NCBI GenBank assembly: GCA_038087875.1
Contig: CM075999.1
Coordinates: 1 to 64,000, forward strand
Length of the DNA: 64,000 nt
Reading direction: 5' to 3'
From: Malacoraja senta
Lineage: Eukaryota
Under the pieces are notes generated by a model. It had not been told where the DNA came from. It saw only the letters and a program-made list of their open reading frames with translations, and searched no databases. This document shows, in pieces, positions 50,357 through 63,475 of the stretch; the first letter of the stretch is position 1, and each line of letters starts with the position of its first letter. Position numbers and translations under genes: made by a program.

Positions 50357-53300
50357 TAAAAGTGCCAGAGACCCAGGTGCTGTCTGTGTGGAGTTTGCAC
50401 ATTCTCCCTGAGCTTCCTCCAGGTGCTCCAGTTTCCTCTCACATCCCAAAGTCGTGCGGGTTTATAGAACCTCTAAAAATTGCCCGTAGTGCAGAGTAGA
50501 TGCAAAAGTGGGATTAAATAGTCATAGAGTGATACAGCACAGAGATATTTCCTTCAGCCCAACTTGCCAATGCCAACCAAGATGACCATCCATGCTAGTC
50601 CCACCTGCCTATGCTTGGCCCATATCCCGCTAAACTTTTCCATGTATCTGTCCAAATGTCTTTTAAATGTTGTTATAGTATCTGCCTCAACTAACTCCTC
50701 TGTCAGCTCGTTCCAAATACCCACCACCTTCGGTGTGAAAAAGTTGCCCTTCAGGTTCCGATTAAATCTTTCCTCTCTCAACTTAAACCTATGTCCTTTG
50801 TTCTTGATTCCCCTACTCTGACTGAAAGACTCTGTGCATTCACCTGTTCTATTCCCCTCATTATTTTATAATTCCCCTCATTATTTTATAAACATTGAAC
50901 TAGTCAGAATGGCTGATCGATGGTTGGCATGGGCTCGACGGGCTAAAGGGCCTTTTTCCATGCTGTATCATTCAATCAATCAGTCGAAGCTGGTCCCTGA
51001 GATGTTGTGATTATATGCATGAAAAATACTTTCTGGAGAGACTTATGCAAAAGCACATTTGTGAAATTTTTTGTTGTTTTCTTGGACAAGGGAACGTTAT
51101 GTTCAAGAAAATTAATTGGAAACACATTAATGCAGCAGGCAAGCTGATTTTAGAGATTTAGTACAAGACCCTCAGGGCTAACAGACATTTCCTGAAGAAG
51201 TTATCTCCAGGAGAATTGGCTTCTCACTGTACAGAAGCTGAGATAGATCTCTCAGGCATCAATGGAAATCTTGCAAGATCGCAGAGTAAAAACAGGGAAT
51301 TGTTATTGTGCAAGATCATCGGGTGCCTGAAAGCATCTCACAGAGCAAGCAATTCAGACTCATATCTCCACTCTTTCCCAGTAGCTCTGGAAATTATTTT
51401 GCCTCCAGTGCATATCCAATTCCATCTGAGAACCTTGGCTGACTGTGTAGCCACCTCCTTGTTCAGGCAGTGAATTCCAATCGCAGAGAGTTCCAGTTTA
51501 CAAAACCCATGTAACTTTCTTCAATATGTATATATTACAAAATTTGTATGCAGACACAAGGAACTGCAGATAGAGTCATAGAATCATACAGCATGGAAAC
51601 AGGCCCTTTAGCCCAACTTGCCCACGCCGACCAACATGTCCCATCTGCACCAGTCCCACCCGCCTGCGTTTGGCCCATATCCCCCTAAATCCATCCTATC
51701 CATGTACCTAAATGCTCTTAAACGTTGTGATAGTACCAGCCACAACTACCTCCTCCAGCAGCTCGTTTCATACACCCACCACCCTTTATGTGGAAAAGAT
51801 GATGGAATTTTGAGCAAAATAGAAACTGATGGAGGAATTTAACGGTCCAGACAGCATCTGTGGAGATAAATGGACAGGTGATGTTTTGAGTCAAGATCCT
51901 TCTTCAGACTGAAGGAGTAGATGGGGGGGGCGGAGCTGGAAAAGAGATGTGGTAGTTTATCTTGGCATCATGTTCATCACAGACATTGTGGGCTGAAGGG
52001 CCTGTTCCTGCGCTGTGCTGTTCTGTGAGGCAGGATAAAGCTTGGTAAGTGTCAGGTAGACACAGGTGAGGGGTGTGGGGGAGTGAATAGCAGATGGGTG
52101 GAATATGTGAAAAGGCTAGAGGTGAAAAGGAGTCAAAAGTGTGTCAGATAATGAAAGAAGAGGAGTGAAATGTAAAGCCGGAGGGTGGGATATAGAGGAA
52201 AAGAGAGGGCAATATGATGATGATATGGCTAATTTTTGGTTTGGCGCTGATACCAATGGAGCATAGAAGATATATAATTCCAACAGAGCACTTTTTTTGA
52301 GTAAGAATTGTAGCACTGGTAAACAGCATTAATACCAATGCCATTTTCTACTGATGTCTTGTCCTCTTGTTCAGGGCCAGAGCACATCCCTATCAGGAGG
52401 GAGGAGCTATTGGTGTCTTGTAAAATGTTAAGGTGGATAAGTCTCTGTGGCCTGATGGAATCTATCCCAGGATACTGTGAGCAAAGGAAGAGATTGCTGG
52501 GACTTTGATAGAAATCTTTGTTAGCTCTTCAACCACAGCTGAGGTTCCAGAGAATAGCCTGGAAAGCACTGCCAGTTGACATTAATAAACCTAAACCTAA
52601 ACTTGCAGAAAGATTGATAAAAAGGGAGGAGGAATTTGAAATAGAGCTGCTATTGAAGCTGGGACACTCTGCACAGAGGTTCTGAGTGATTCAATTGAAA
52701 ATTTTAAGGCAGAGATAGATAGATTCTTGATTAGTACTGGTGTAAGGGAGAAGGCAGGAGAATGGGGTTAAGAGGGAAAGATAGACCAGCATTGATTGAA
52801 TGGTGGAGTAGACTTGATGGGGGGAAACTCGAGAAAACCAATGCGGTCACAGGGAGAACATGCAAACTCCGCAACTGAGGTCAAGGTTGAACCCGAGCCC
52901 TGGCGCCATGAGACAGCATCTCTACCAGTTGTGTCATAGTGCCGCTCGTATGTTATGGCGAACGAGGCAGGCGGTCCTAGTGATGGGACAGATGTACGGT
53001 CAAAAGTTCACCTCAGTGTCAACTACAATACTAAGTTTGCGGAAAGTCAACTCTGGTCTCAGATGGTGAGCAAGACAAAGCATTGGGACAGGGGCTCGGA
53101 AACTGACTCCGTGCCGGGATTCAAAGACAATAGCTTCAGTCTTCCAAAGTTGGAGGAACCTTTTGCTTATCCGATGCTGGACATCAGACAACTATCTGGC
53201 AAAATATCCATGAGAAAGCATGCTTATCCCTTCCTATTTTGTTCCCCATTAGTGTTCTTCAATTAAAAACCCATCTCTGACCTCCCCAATAACTGAAAAC

Positions 53301-53529
53301 AGTTTTACTGCCCAGTAATTTACTTCCTCCACCACACTTGATTTCGTTTGAGAAAAATTAAAGAAAGCTGGGAGCACATTTCCACTCCAGCTAAATCCCT
53401 GGATAATTATATTTTAACAAACAGATAGAAGAGGGAGCTGTTATTAACTAGCGCAGAGTGAATACAAGTGTATCACAAAGACAGTGAACATAGAGAAGGA
53501 ATTACAAATTAAAGTAAAGTTATCAGACA

Positions 53530-53855
53530 ACATGGTGGTACACTGGTGCAACTGGTAGCACCATTGTCTCTCAGCGCCAGAGACTCGGGTTCGATCCTGA
53601 CCTCGGGTGCTGTCTGTGTGGAGTTTGCACAGGTCTCCCTGTGACCTGTGTTTCCTCCAGGTGCTCTGGATGCCTCCCACATCCCAAGGACATACGGGTT
53701 TGTTGGTTAATTGGAATCTGTAAATTTCCCCTGGTGTGTAGGGAGTGAATGAGAAAGTGGGAAAACATAAAACTAGTGTTAACGGGTGATCGATAGCTGG
53801 CATGGACTCAGTGAGCCGAAGGGCCTGTTTTCATGCTGTATCTTTCAATCAATTC
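53530..53855 (+). mobile_element. HE1/V-SINE-like SINE
   Basis: Head, B box gggttcgatcc, central domain and CR1-like tail. Confidence 0.75.
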
Positions 53856-54001
53856 AATCAAAACAAGAAGGGGCAGGGATTAAGTTCATAGAGAGTGAAA
53901 TAATGTTTATTGAAGCTAGTAGTTACAGAGTCATACAACATAGTAACAGGCCCTTCAGCCCAACATGGCATTTCCAACAAAACACCCATCTGCGCCAGTC
54001 C

Positions 54002-54250
54002 CATTTGCCCATGTTTAGCCCATATCCCTCTAAAACATTCCTATCCACGCACCTGCCCATGTTTAGCCCATATCCCTCTAAAACATTCCTATCCACGCAC
54101 CTGCCCATGTTTAGCCCATATCCCTCTAAAACATTCCTATCCACGCACCTGCCCATGTTTAGCCCATATCCCTCTAAAACATTCCTATCCACGCACCTGC
54201 CCATGTTTAGCCCATATCCCTCTAAAACATTCCTATCCACGCACCTGCCC
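54002..54250. repeat. 48-bp minisatellite, 5 near-perfect copies, derived from a CR1 3' tail
   Basis: Unit cacctgcccatgtttagcccatatccctctaaaacattcctatccacg starts at 54002 (variant), 54050, 54098, 54146 and 54194. Confidence 0.95.
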
Positions 54251-54891
54251 AAATGAGCAAATAAGTAGTCTTAATCTACAGGTGGGATTGGATGTTTAAT
54301 CGATAATGTTTGATTCTTAATGTTTAATGTTTTATGTGTCATTCCTAACTGCCACTGTATGTCATGTTGTCACTTGTGGGCGGAGCAATAAGGCAAATTC
54401 CTTGAATGTGAATACTTGGCCAATAAACTTATTCATTCATTCATGATGCTGATCATATTAGTACTACTTTCATTGTCATATGCCAACCAGTAGATAAAGT
54501 GGCTTATTTTCACAAACATTCACTTTTGCTATTCTTTTTAAAAATGGTGCAGCTGGTAGAACTGCTACCTCATAGCGCCAGAGACCCAGAGTCGATCCCA
54601 GTGTCAGGTGCTGTTGGTGTAGGGTTTGCACATTTTCCCTGTGATCCCGTGGGTTTCCTCCAGGTGCTCCGGTTTTCACCTACATCTCAAAGACATGGAG
54701 GTTTGTAGGTTAATTAGCCTTTGTAAATTTGCCCCGGAGGATACGGAATGGATGCAAAAGTGGGAGAACATAGAACTAGTATGAATGGATGATCGATGAA
54801 CGACTTGAAGGGCCTGTTTCCACGATGTATCTTTAAATTAAAAAAAGGGTGCCATATTTGTCCTGATATGTATCATGGGAGAACTTTATTG

Positions 54892-55032
54892 GTAGGAAGG
54901 AACTGCAGATGCTGGTTTACACTGAAGATAGGCACAAAATGCTGGACTTCCCTGTAACTCAGCGGGTCATGAAGCATCTCTGGAGAAAATAAATATGTGA
55001 CGTTTCGCATCCAGACCCTTCTTCAGACCGGT
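54892..55032 (-). mobile_element. Single-arm Penelope-derived mini-element with 11-bp TSD
   Basis: TSD gaactttattg at 54881-54891 and 55033-55043. Confidence 0.72.
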
Positions 55033-58000
55033 GAACTTTATTGACGCCATAAAATTTCAATAAAACTGAAGAGAACAAATGCAGAAATAATTGAGGTAAA
55101 GTTATATTGAAGTGGCAGAGAGAGTTGAATGCCAATGGCAATCCCCAAAAGAGCAGGAAGAGTGGTATTTTCTGGCAATTGAGTTTGTAATCTTGACAGC
55201 TGGCCTTAATTTCCTCACGATTTCTCCAGGCAACATTTAGAGCTTACTGCAAATATATTAGCCCCTTATCACAAGCTCCATGAAACCTGCCGGCCTGTCT
55301 CTTTTTATAAATGGCTTTAATATAAAGCTGAGATCAAATTAATATTTTAGCTATTGTGTTGAGTTAAATACTCAGTGAAGGTGGGTGTATGTACATTTAG
55401 AGAGATTTCCAACGATCCACGGACACTGACATATTTTTGTTCTTTCATCGTTTACATGCAGTTAACAAAAAGATATTTGCAAACATTACTAGATGCATGT
55501 GGTATTATTTATTTGCACATGTTTTAAGGCAATTAACGCTTATTATTTGGTCTAGCTACAGGGGGAGGTTGAAAGGGATGCTTATTCCTTTTGTACAATA
55601 GTTCCATGATGTGTCTATAATATTTTCAATAATGCAGAATGGGGAAATGGAGAACTGCAGATGCTGGCTTACAGAAAGTGCTGGAGTAACTCAGTGGGTC
55701 AGACAGCATCGCTGGAGAACATGGATAGGTGATGTTTTGGGTCAGGACCCTTCAGTCTGAAACGTTGTTTATCCATGTTCTCCTGAGATGCTGCCTGACC
55801 CACGATCCGAAACATTGATTATCCATGTTCCCCTGAAATACTGCCCACTGTACCCAATGAATTACTCCAGCACTCTGTGTCTTCTTTTGTAAACCAGCAT
55901 CTGCAGTTCCTTGTTTCTACATTGCAAAAGGAAGAACTCTTTGCACATAATTTCAACAAAACCTGAGTCACAAAGTGTAAAAGTCATTACCTTTTTGGAT
56001 GCAGCTGAGAATGAGACGAGAGTCAGGAGTTAAGTGTTTAATTGTCAAGTGTACTGACAATGGAACAATGAAATTCTTACTTGCAGTAGCATAGCAGATC
56101 CATAAACGCATTATGGACAGATAAACACACAGACAAATATAATAAACAAAAGTTCAATAAATTAATAACCCCATCACTAGTGCAGAAAACCCCAGAGTCC
56201 TTTGTGCAACCAAAGATAGTTAATAGTTCATTGTTGAGGTTTGCGTTCAAGAGCCTGATGGCTGTTGGGAAGAAGCTATTCTTGAACCTGATGGTCACTA
56301 ATTAGGAACATGAATTAGATTTTCAAGTGGGCTAATTTCACAGATCTCTATCACTAACGACAACAGACTTCCAACTTCAGTGCTGGCAAAGTGTCGTGAC
56401 CAAAACTAACTCTCTCCATCAGATGCAAACCAAACTGTGGTGTGAATCCAGGACCCATGGGATGTTTTTAAAAACATTTTAATTCAAGCAACTCACCAGA
56501 GTCTGCAGATGTAACTAACCATATATTTACTCCGGCTGCACTTCCATATTCTGCAGCTATGGCCGGAATGGTTTTGAAAGTAATTTCTTCTGGCGTATTT
56601 CCAAAAATGTAAATGGTTCCTTTCATTTCGAACCTTCATGGCCTTCTTGATTTATTATTGGTAATAGCTATTGATTTTCTGGATGGCGTTTATAGTCGTG
56701 ACATAGAAATGCAGCGGGTAATGTTGCTATCACACAGCTCCAGCGATCATTGGTCAATTATCTTTTTCAGAAATATATTTTATGCCTGTATATAGGTAAT
56801 ACAATACAATCAAAGATGCACGACGGTGCCGGAAACATCGTGAAGGTGAAGGGGAAAAGATTTAATAGGAATCTGAGAGGTAACCTTTTCACACAAAGGG
56901 TGGCGAGTGCATGGAACAAGCTACCGTCACTATTTTCCCCTTTACAACCGCACAAACTGTCTTCCATATCTTGGCTTAAACATCACATAATGTGGCAGTA
57001 CATCTAAAGTGTCGCTGTACTTCTAAAAATACTTTTATCAGAGGTTATCGCAGGTTGAGAGGAGACCCGATAGAAGTTTATAAAATGATGAGAGGAATAG
57101 ATAGCGTAGACAGTCAGAACCTTTATCCCAGGATAGCTTTAAGGTGAGAGGGGAACATTTTAAAGGAGATGTACAGGGCAAGTTTTTTTTACACTGTCTG
57201 ATGCCTAAAAACATGCTGCCAGTGGTGGTGGTGGAGACAGGTATGATAGTGGTGTTGAAGAAACTTTTAGAAATGGCATGGATATGCTGGGAATGAGGGG
57301 GACACGAATGACGTGTAGGCAGAGGAGAATAGTTTAACTTACATCATGTTCAGCATGGACATTGTGGGCTGAAGGACCTGTTCCTGAGCTGTACTGTTCT
57401 ATGTTCTGCATTGAACTCTAGTTTCATTGTGGAACCAACCTTCAGAAATGTCATTGCAAATGTAGCTGAATATGTTCAATACTAATGATTGAGAATTTTT
57501 TAATTTTTTTTTTAAAGCAACTGAACCTTAAAAATAAGATAGGTAGAAACATGGAAATGCAGATGCTGGTTTACAAAGTACTGGAGTAAATGAGCGGGTC
57601 AGGTTGCACCTGTGGAAAATATGGATCTTTAAAAATATGATACCTTTGCATGCAAAGTCCAATTTACAATCATACCAATTCCCATCTGCCCTGGGAAACC
57701 ATTCATGCCATTGTTTATCGAGAATGGATCTACACTGCCTTAAAGACCCTGCCTGCACTGTTCCTTGAAGGGATGCAAAGACTCATTTCTGACTTTAAAG
57801 GGTGACCGTTGATCATTAAACACTTATCCCAAATTCTTAATTCTTCAACAAATGGAAACATCATTTCCACATTCACTTTGTCAGACAGACAAGTTTGTTA
57901 ACTTTGATTAAGACAAATCAGAAGACAGAAAAGGACACAACGTGCCAGAGTAACTCAGCGGGTCAGGAAGCATCTCTAGATAATGTCTGAAGAAGTGTCC

Positions 58001-61000
58001 CAATCCAAAATGTCACCTGTCTATGTCCTGAAGATGCTGCCTGACCTGTTGAGTTACTCGAGTACTTTGTGTCCTTTTGTTGTAAACCAGCATCTACAGT
58101 TCCTTGTTTCTACATCCTGATTTTTAACATAGTTTCTGCTCGAAGTGTTTATGTGCTAAAGAACAACATTGCTTCACCTACATTGACTTCTGCAGTTAAA
58201 CAACGGTTGGACAATTATGAGTTCTCCCTCAAATGTACTTGCGCTCAAGTTAAGGTGAAAAAAGAAAATTGTCAAGGACGTTTAGTTTTCATGTTATTAA
58301 ATATGTATTTACTTTGGCATCATGTATTTAACCGCTATTTTGTCGGACAAGACTGATGTTTTGAAGAAGTAATTGTCAATCATTTTCTGAGATCACATAA
58401 ATAGAATTACACCGAGCTTTGATCAATTACCCTCCTGGCATAAATAAAGTTCTATCATATCGTATCGTAAATGGAAGTGGGATAAGAAATTTATTGCTAG
58501 CCTGAATTGGTTTAGTTTAGAGATATAGTATGGAAACAGATCCTTTGGCTCACCTAGTAAACGCCGACCATCGATCACCAGTTCACACACTAGTTAAATG
58601 TTATAAGGTCATAAATGATAGGAGCAGATTTAGACCATTTGGCCCATCAAATCTCCTCCATTCAATCATGGCTGATCTACAGTATCTCTCCCTCCCAACC
58701 CCATGCTCCTGCCTTCTCGCCATAACCCCAGACACTAGTACGAATCAAGAATCTACTATACTATCTATCTGTTATCCTACTTTCTCATTCATTCCTTACA
58801 CACTACAGACAATTTACAGAGGCCAATTAACCGACAAAACTGCATGTCTGTAGGATGTGGAAGGAAACCCGAGCGTCCGGAGGAAACCCACGCAGTCACA
58901 GGGAGAACATGCAAACTCCACACACACACAGACAGCACCGAAGGTCAGGATCGAACCTGTGTCCCTGATGCTGTGAGGTTGCGGCTGTACTAGCAGCGTA
59001 ACTGTGCCACACTATTTGCCGTCTTGCTTCCAGTGCAAACGAGCTGAAATGTAATTCATTCAACAGGTTTTCGAGGAGCCGTGCCAGTGTTTAAGGAAAG
59101 GGAATGGAAACGATAACTGAATTTTAAACTTTCATTCAGTGTGGTCACATAAAAGACACGTAGCCTTTGTCTATGTCAGCACATCTGGAACATCTTGTTG
59201 AATAAGATTCAGTATTGTTCTCATGGCAATGCCAAAGCTGCATAAACATCCTTTCTTGGCCTAACTCCAAAAATATGTCAAAGACTGGACAGCATTGCTT
59301 TAAGGTGAGAAGGGCAAAATTCAAAGGAGATGTTTGGAGCAAGTTTTTTAAACTCAGAGGGAAGTGGGTGCCTGAAAGTTGCTGCCATGGGTCGTGGTAG
59401 AGGCAAACACAATAGTGGCATTTAAGAGGCTTTGAGATAGTCACTGGATGTGCAGGGAATAGAGGGATATGGATCACGTGCAGGAGATTAATTTAACTTT
59501 GATTCATGTTCAGCATGGACATTGTGGGCCGAAAGGCCTGTTCCTTTGCTGTACTATGTTCTATCTACTGCTGGAGCAGATTGCAATAAAAATATTAGAT
59601 ACCACAGGCTGAGATACAAAGCTTAATGAACAGGGTGGCTTTGAAAGTAGTTAGCTTAATGTACAGGGTGGCTTTGAAGTAAATTAGCAGTTTAATGGTG
59701 AAGGGAACACAGTATAGAAAATTATAAGGGACATAGATACGGTAGACAATCAGACCCTTTCTACCCAGGATGGAAACATCAAACACTAGAGGGCACACCT
59801 TTATGGTGAAGCGGGCAACATTTAAAGGAGATATTCGAGGCACGTTTCTTTATTATACAGAGAGTGGTGGATGCCTGGAACACACGCTGGGATTTGTAGT
59901 GGAGGCAGATACCATAGTGGCATTTAAGAGGCTTTTAGATAGGCATATGGATACGCGGGGAATGGAGGGATATGGACATGATGTGGCAATACACGAGATT
60001 CAAGATTCAATTTAATTGTCACATGTACCAATTAAGGTACAGTGAAATTAGAGTTACCATACAGCCATACTAAGTAAAAAAGCAAAAATACACACAGCAC
60101 ATAAAATAAAGTTTAACATAAATATCCACCACACCAACATTCCTCACTGTGATGGAAGGCAATAAAGTTCAATCATCCTCATCCTTTGTTCACCCGTGGT
60201 CGGGGCCTGAACCCTCCGCACTTGCTGTTGCGGACAGTCCGCTCTTCAAGCCCTCTATCGTCGGGATGATCGAAACTCCGGCGTCGGGATGGATCGGAAC
60301 ACTGGAGCATGGAGCTCCCAAGTCGGCCGCTTCTTACCGGAGACCGCTGCTTCACGGTGTTAAAGTCCACACAATGACAACAGAGGAGAAAAGTTTATCT
60401 TGGCATCATATTTGACATGACCATTGTGGGCCAAAGGGCCTGTCCCTGTCCGATACTGTTCTACATTCTAGATTTCAGTTGTACGTCTAAAGGATTTGCC
60501 CTGAATTGACACTCCAACTTTAATCCACAATGCCTCTCTGTGATTAAACAAAGAAATAAATCTGGAGGAAGACATAACTTAAAGGAACTCATGCGTGAAC
60601 AATGAATACTGAGCAGTAGACAGGCACCAAGATAATTTAACTTTAAGTTAAGATAGTAATTTCAGGCACTTGAAAAACTATAAATTACATCCACAGGAAG
60701 AGAGCAGCACTCCGAGACCAAAGCAATACAGGATATGATGTAATGTTTTAAATGAAGCTAGTATCTATGATTTATTTGATATTTCGTCAAGTTTATGTAT
60801 TTTTGGTTAACCCGTGAGATTAGACAACATGATTTCAGGTTTGGTCCTCACAACATTACTTTTTATACTGTTGATGGGTGCAGATTTCTTTTAACTCTTC
60901 AGACAAATTCTACTGTTAAAGGTATGCAGCATTACATAACCGTGGAGCTCAAAATGCAATGGTTTACTGTAGGTTACAGCAGCCCATTCAAATTATTCTT

Positions 61001-61884
61001 CAGGCTGACGAAACTCAGAGTTAATGATAGAATTATTTTGCCATTCCATTGACATTGGGTAAAAAGCCAGACCTGCCATGAGAATAGTGCAGATGGATAT
61101 GGTGGTCAGACAATACGGCCATAAGACATAGGTGCAGAATTAGGCCATTCGGTCCATCGGGTCTGCTCCGCCATTCAGTCACGGCTGATCAATTTTTCCC
61201 TCTCAACCTCATTCTCCTGCCTTCTCCCCGTAACCTTTGACCCCCTTACGAATCAAGAACCGATCAATCTCCACTTGAAAATACCCAATGATTTGAGCTC
61301 CACTGCCATCTGTGAATGAATTCCACAAATTCATTACCCTCCGGCTAAAGAAATTCCTCCTCATCTCCATTCTAAGTTCAAAGGTAAACAAAAAAGCTGG
61401 AGAAACTCAGCGGGTGAGGCAGCATCTATGGAGCGAGGGAATAGGCGACGTTTCGGGTCGAGACCTCCTCTGTACCTCCTCTCTCCATTCTAAGTTCATG
61501 TCAGTATCGACATGATGAGCTGAAGGACATGTTTCTTGTGTGACTCTATGTGTGACTCTAGTTTACCTTGAGTGGAAGAATCAGATGGGGAGTCAATGTA
61601 CTGAGCGATTTTGGGTACCATGTCCACAGCTCCCTGAAAGTGGCAATACAAGTAGATAGAATGATATGCCTCAGGTTTGATGTTGGTTTCATTGCTGCTT
61701 TAGTATCTGTAACAGTAACAATTTGGATGCAAATTTACCAGGAAGATTGGTGAGTTTGGAGATGACACTAAAATAGGTGGGATTTTAGATGGTGAAGACG
61801 GTTATCAAGAATTACAATAGCATTTTAATCAACTGGGCAAGTGGACTGTAGAATGGCTAATGGAGTTGTGGAGTTTGGGGTGCA

Positions 61885-61990
61885 TGGGGAGAGGGGTGCG
61901 TGGGGAGAGGGGTGCGTGGGGAGAGGGTTGCGTGGGGAGAGGGTTGCGTGGGGAGAGGGGTGCGTGGGGAGAGGGGTGCATGGAGAGAGG
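61885..61990. repeat. G-rich 16-bp minisatellite (tggggagaggggtgcg)n, about 6 copies
   Basis: Directly visible; the G-runs could support G-quadruplexes. Confidence 0.88.
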
Positions 61991-62930
61991 GAGTGGGTGC
62001 CTGGAGAGAGTGGTCAGTGTGGACTCAGTGGGCCGAATGGGCCTGTTTCCATGCTGTATCTTTCAAACAATTATTCAATCAATCAAATTTATCAATTTCA
62101 ATTGATCTTGGTGACTGGGAATTGGACAGAATCAGATGTGAAAACACAGGCTGACGTTAAAGATGCTTTAATATTTCACAATTGTTTAAATAATTTTTTT
62201 GTTGAATTGCTGAAAATAAAGCAAAGTACTATGATTTTGTAACCCTCGGTATCAATGCTGCCTGAATTTAATGTCTGATATCCACTTTGAATGAAATTTG
62301 CTTTTTACTTTATCATCCACACCGTAACGGCACTTTCAAATGTAGCGTTCCATAAATGGGCTAATTACAGCCCCGTTAAAGAACAAAAAGATAATTAATG
62401 CTACGTTGGAAACCTCAAGAGATAACGTATATAACAGTTCTGAACGAATGCGTTCCAATCTTGGAATTTCATCCATAAGTATAATTACTGTAGTATCACA
62501 AAAAGGTGCCTTTGGGTTCAGTTAAAAATTATTGCACGATTCCTTTCTTTAAAAACATATTAACATGAATCAAAAATGCTACACAGAGACACAAAAAATT
62601 GCAGATGCTGTAAATTTGAGCAAGGATCCAGTGAAGGTTAAAACTTACTGCTAGATTTAAACACAAAATGCTGGAGGAACTATACCTTTTAGATAGCATC
62701 TATGGAGGGAATGGACAGACGACATTTCGGGTGGGGACCCTTCTTCAGAGTGATTGGAGTCAGCTGGAAAGAGAGGTGTGGGCTGGTCAAAGCCTGGCAA
62801 GTGATAAGTGGATACAGGTGAGGGGGATTTGATTGTCTAGATGGGTGGAGTAGGTGACAAAGGCTTGAGGTGAAAAGGAGACAAAAGGGTATCAGAAAAG
62901 GAGTGAAGTAAAATATGAGGGGGAAAAGAG

Positions 62931-62981
<51 letters not shown>
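62931..62981. repeat. (TAATCCA)n heptamer microsatellite
   Basis: Directly visible, about 7 copies. Confidence 0.9.
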
Positions 62982-63067
62982 TGTACCTACAGTACAACAG
63001 AATAATCAAATTCTGACTGCACCAAACCCTACTTCCACAAGTAAATAATCTTAGCTCATGAGATGCC

Positions 63068-63375
63068 AGGACAGCACAGTAGTGCAGCTGGTAGAGCTGC
63101 AGCTTCACAACGCCAGAGACCTGGGTTTGATCCTGACCTTGGGTGCTGTCTGTGGGGAGTTTGCACATTCTCCCTGTGATCCTGTGGGTTTCTCCCGGGT
63201 GTTCCAGTTTCCTCCCACCATGTGGATTTGTAGATTAATTGGCCTCTGTAAATTTCCCCTAGTGTGTAGGGAATGGATGAGAAGGTGGGATAACGTCGAA
63301 CTAGTGTGAACGGGTGATCAATGGTCGGCGTGGATGCAGTGGGCCGAAGGGCCTATTTCCACATTGTATCTCAAA
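63068..63375 (+). mobile_element. HE1/V-SINE-like SINE
   Basis: Full head, central domain and tail. Confidence 0.75.
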
Positions 63376-63475
63376 ACAAAACTATATTTGGTGAGAAATA
63401 CCCTTTCAAGACCAAACTAAAAATAATTAAATTCATGGCACAAATGAGTATTTTTGTAAAAAACTGCTGTCATAA

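Noticed and set aside
54002..54250. CRISPR-like regular array and repetitive ORFs (53786-54256, 53910-54299, 53923-54252)
   Set aside because: Units are identical with no spacers and derive from a CR1 tail; the ORFs are open only because the period is a multiple of three.
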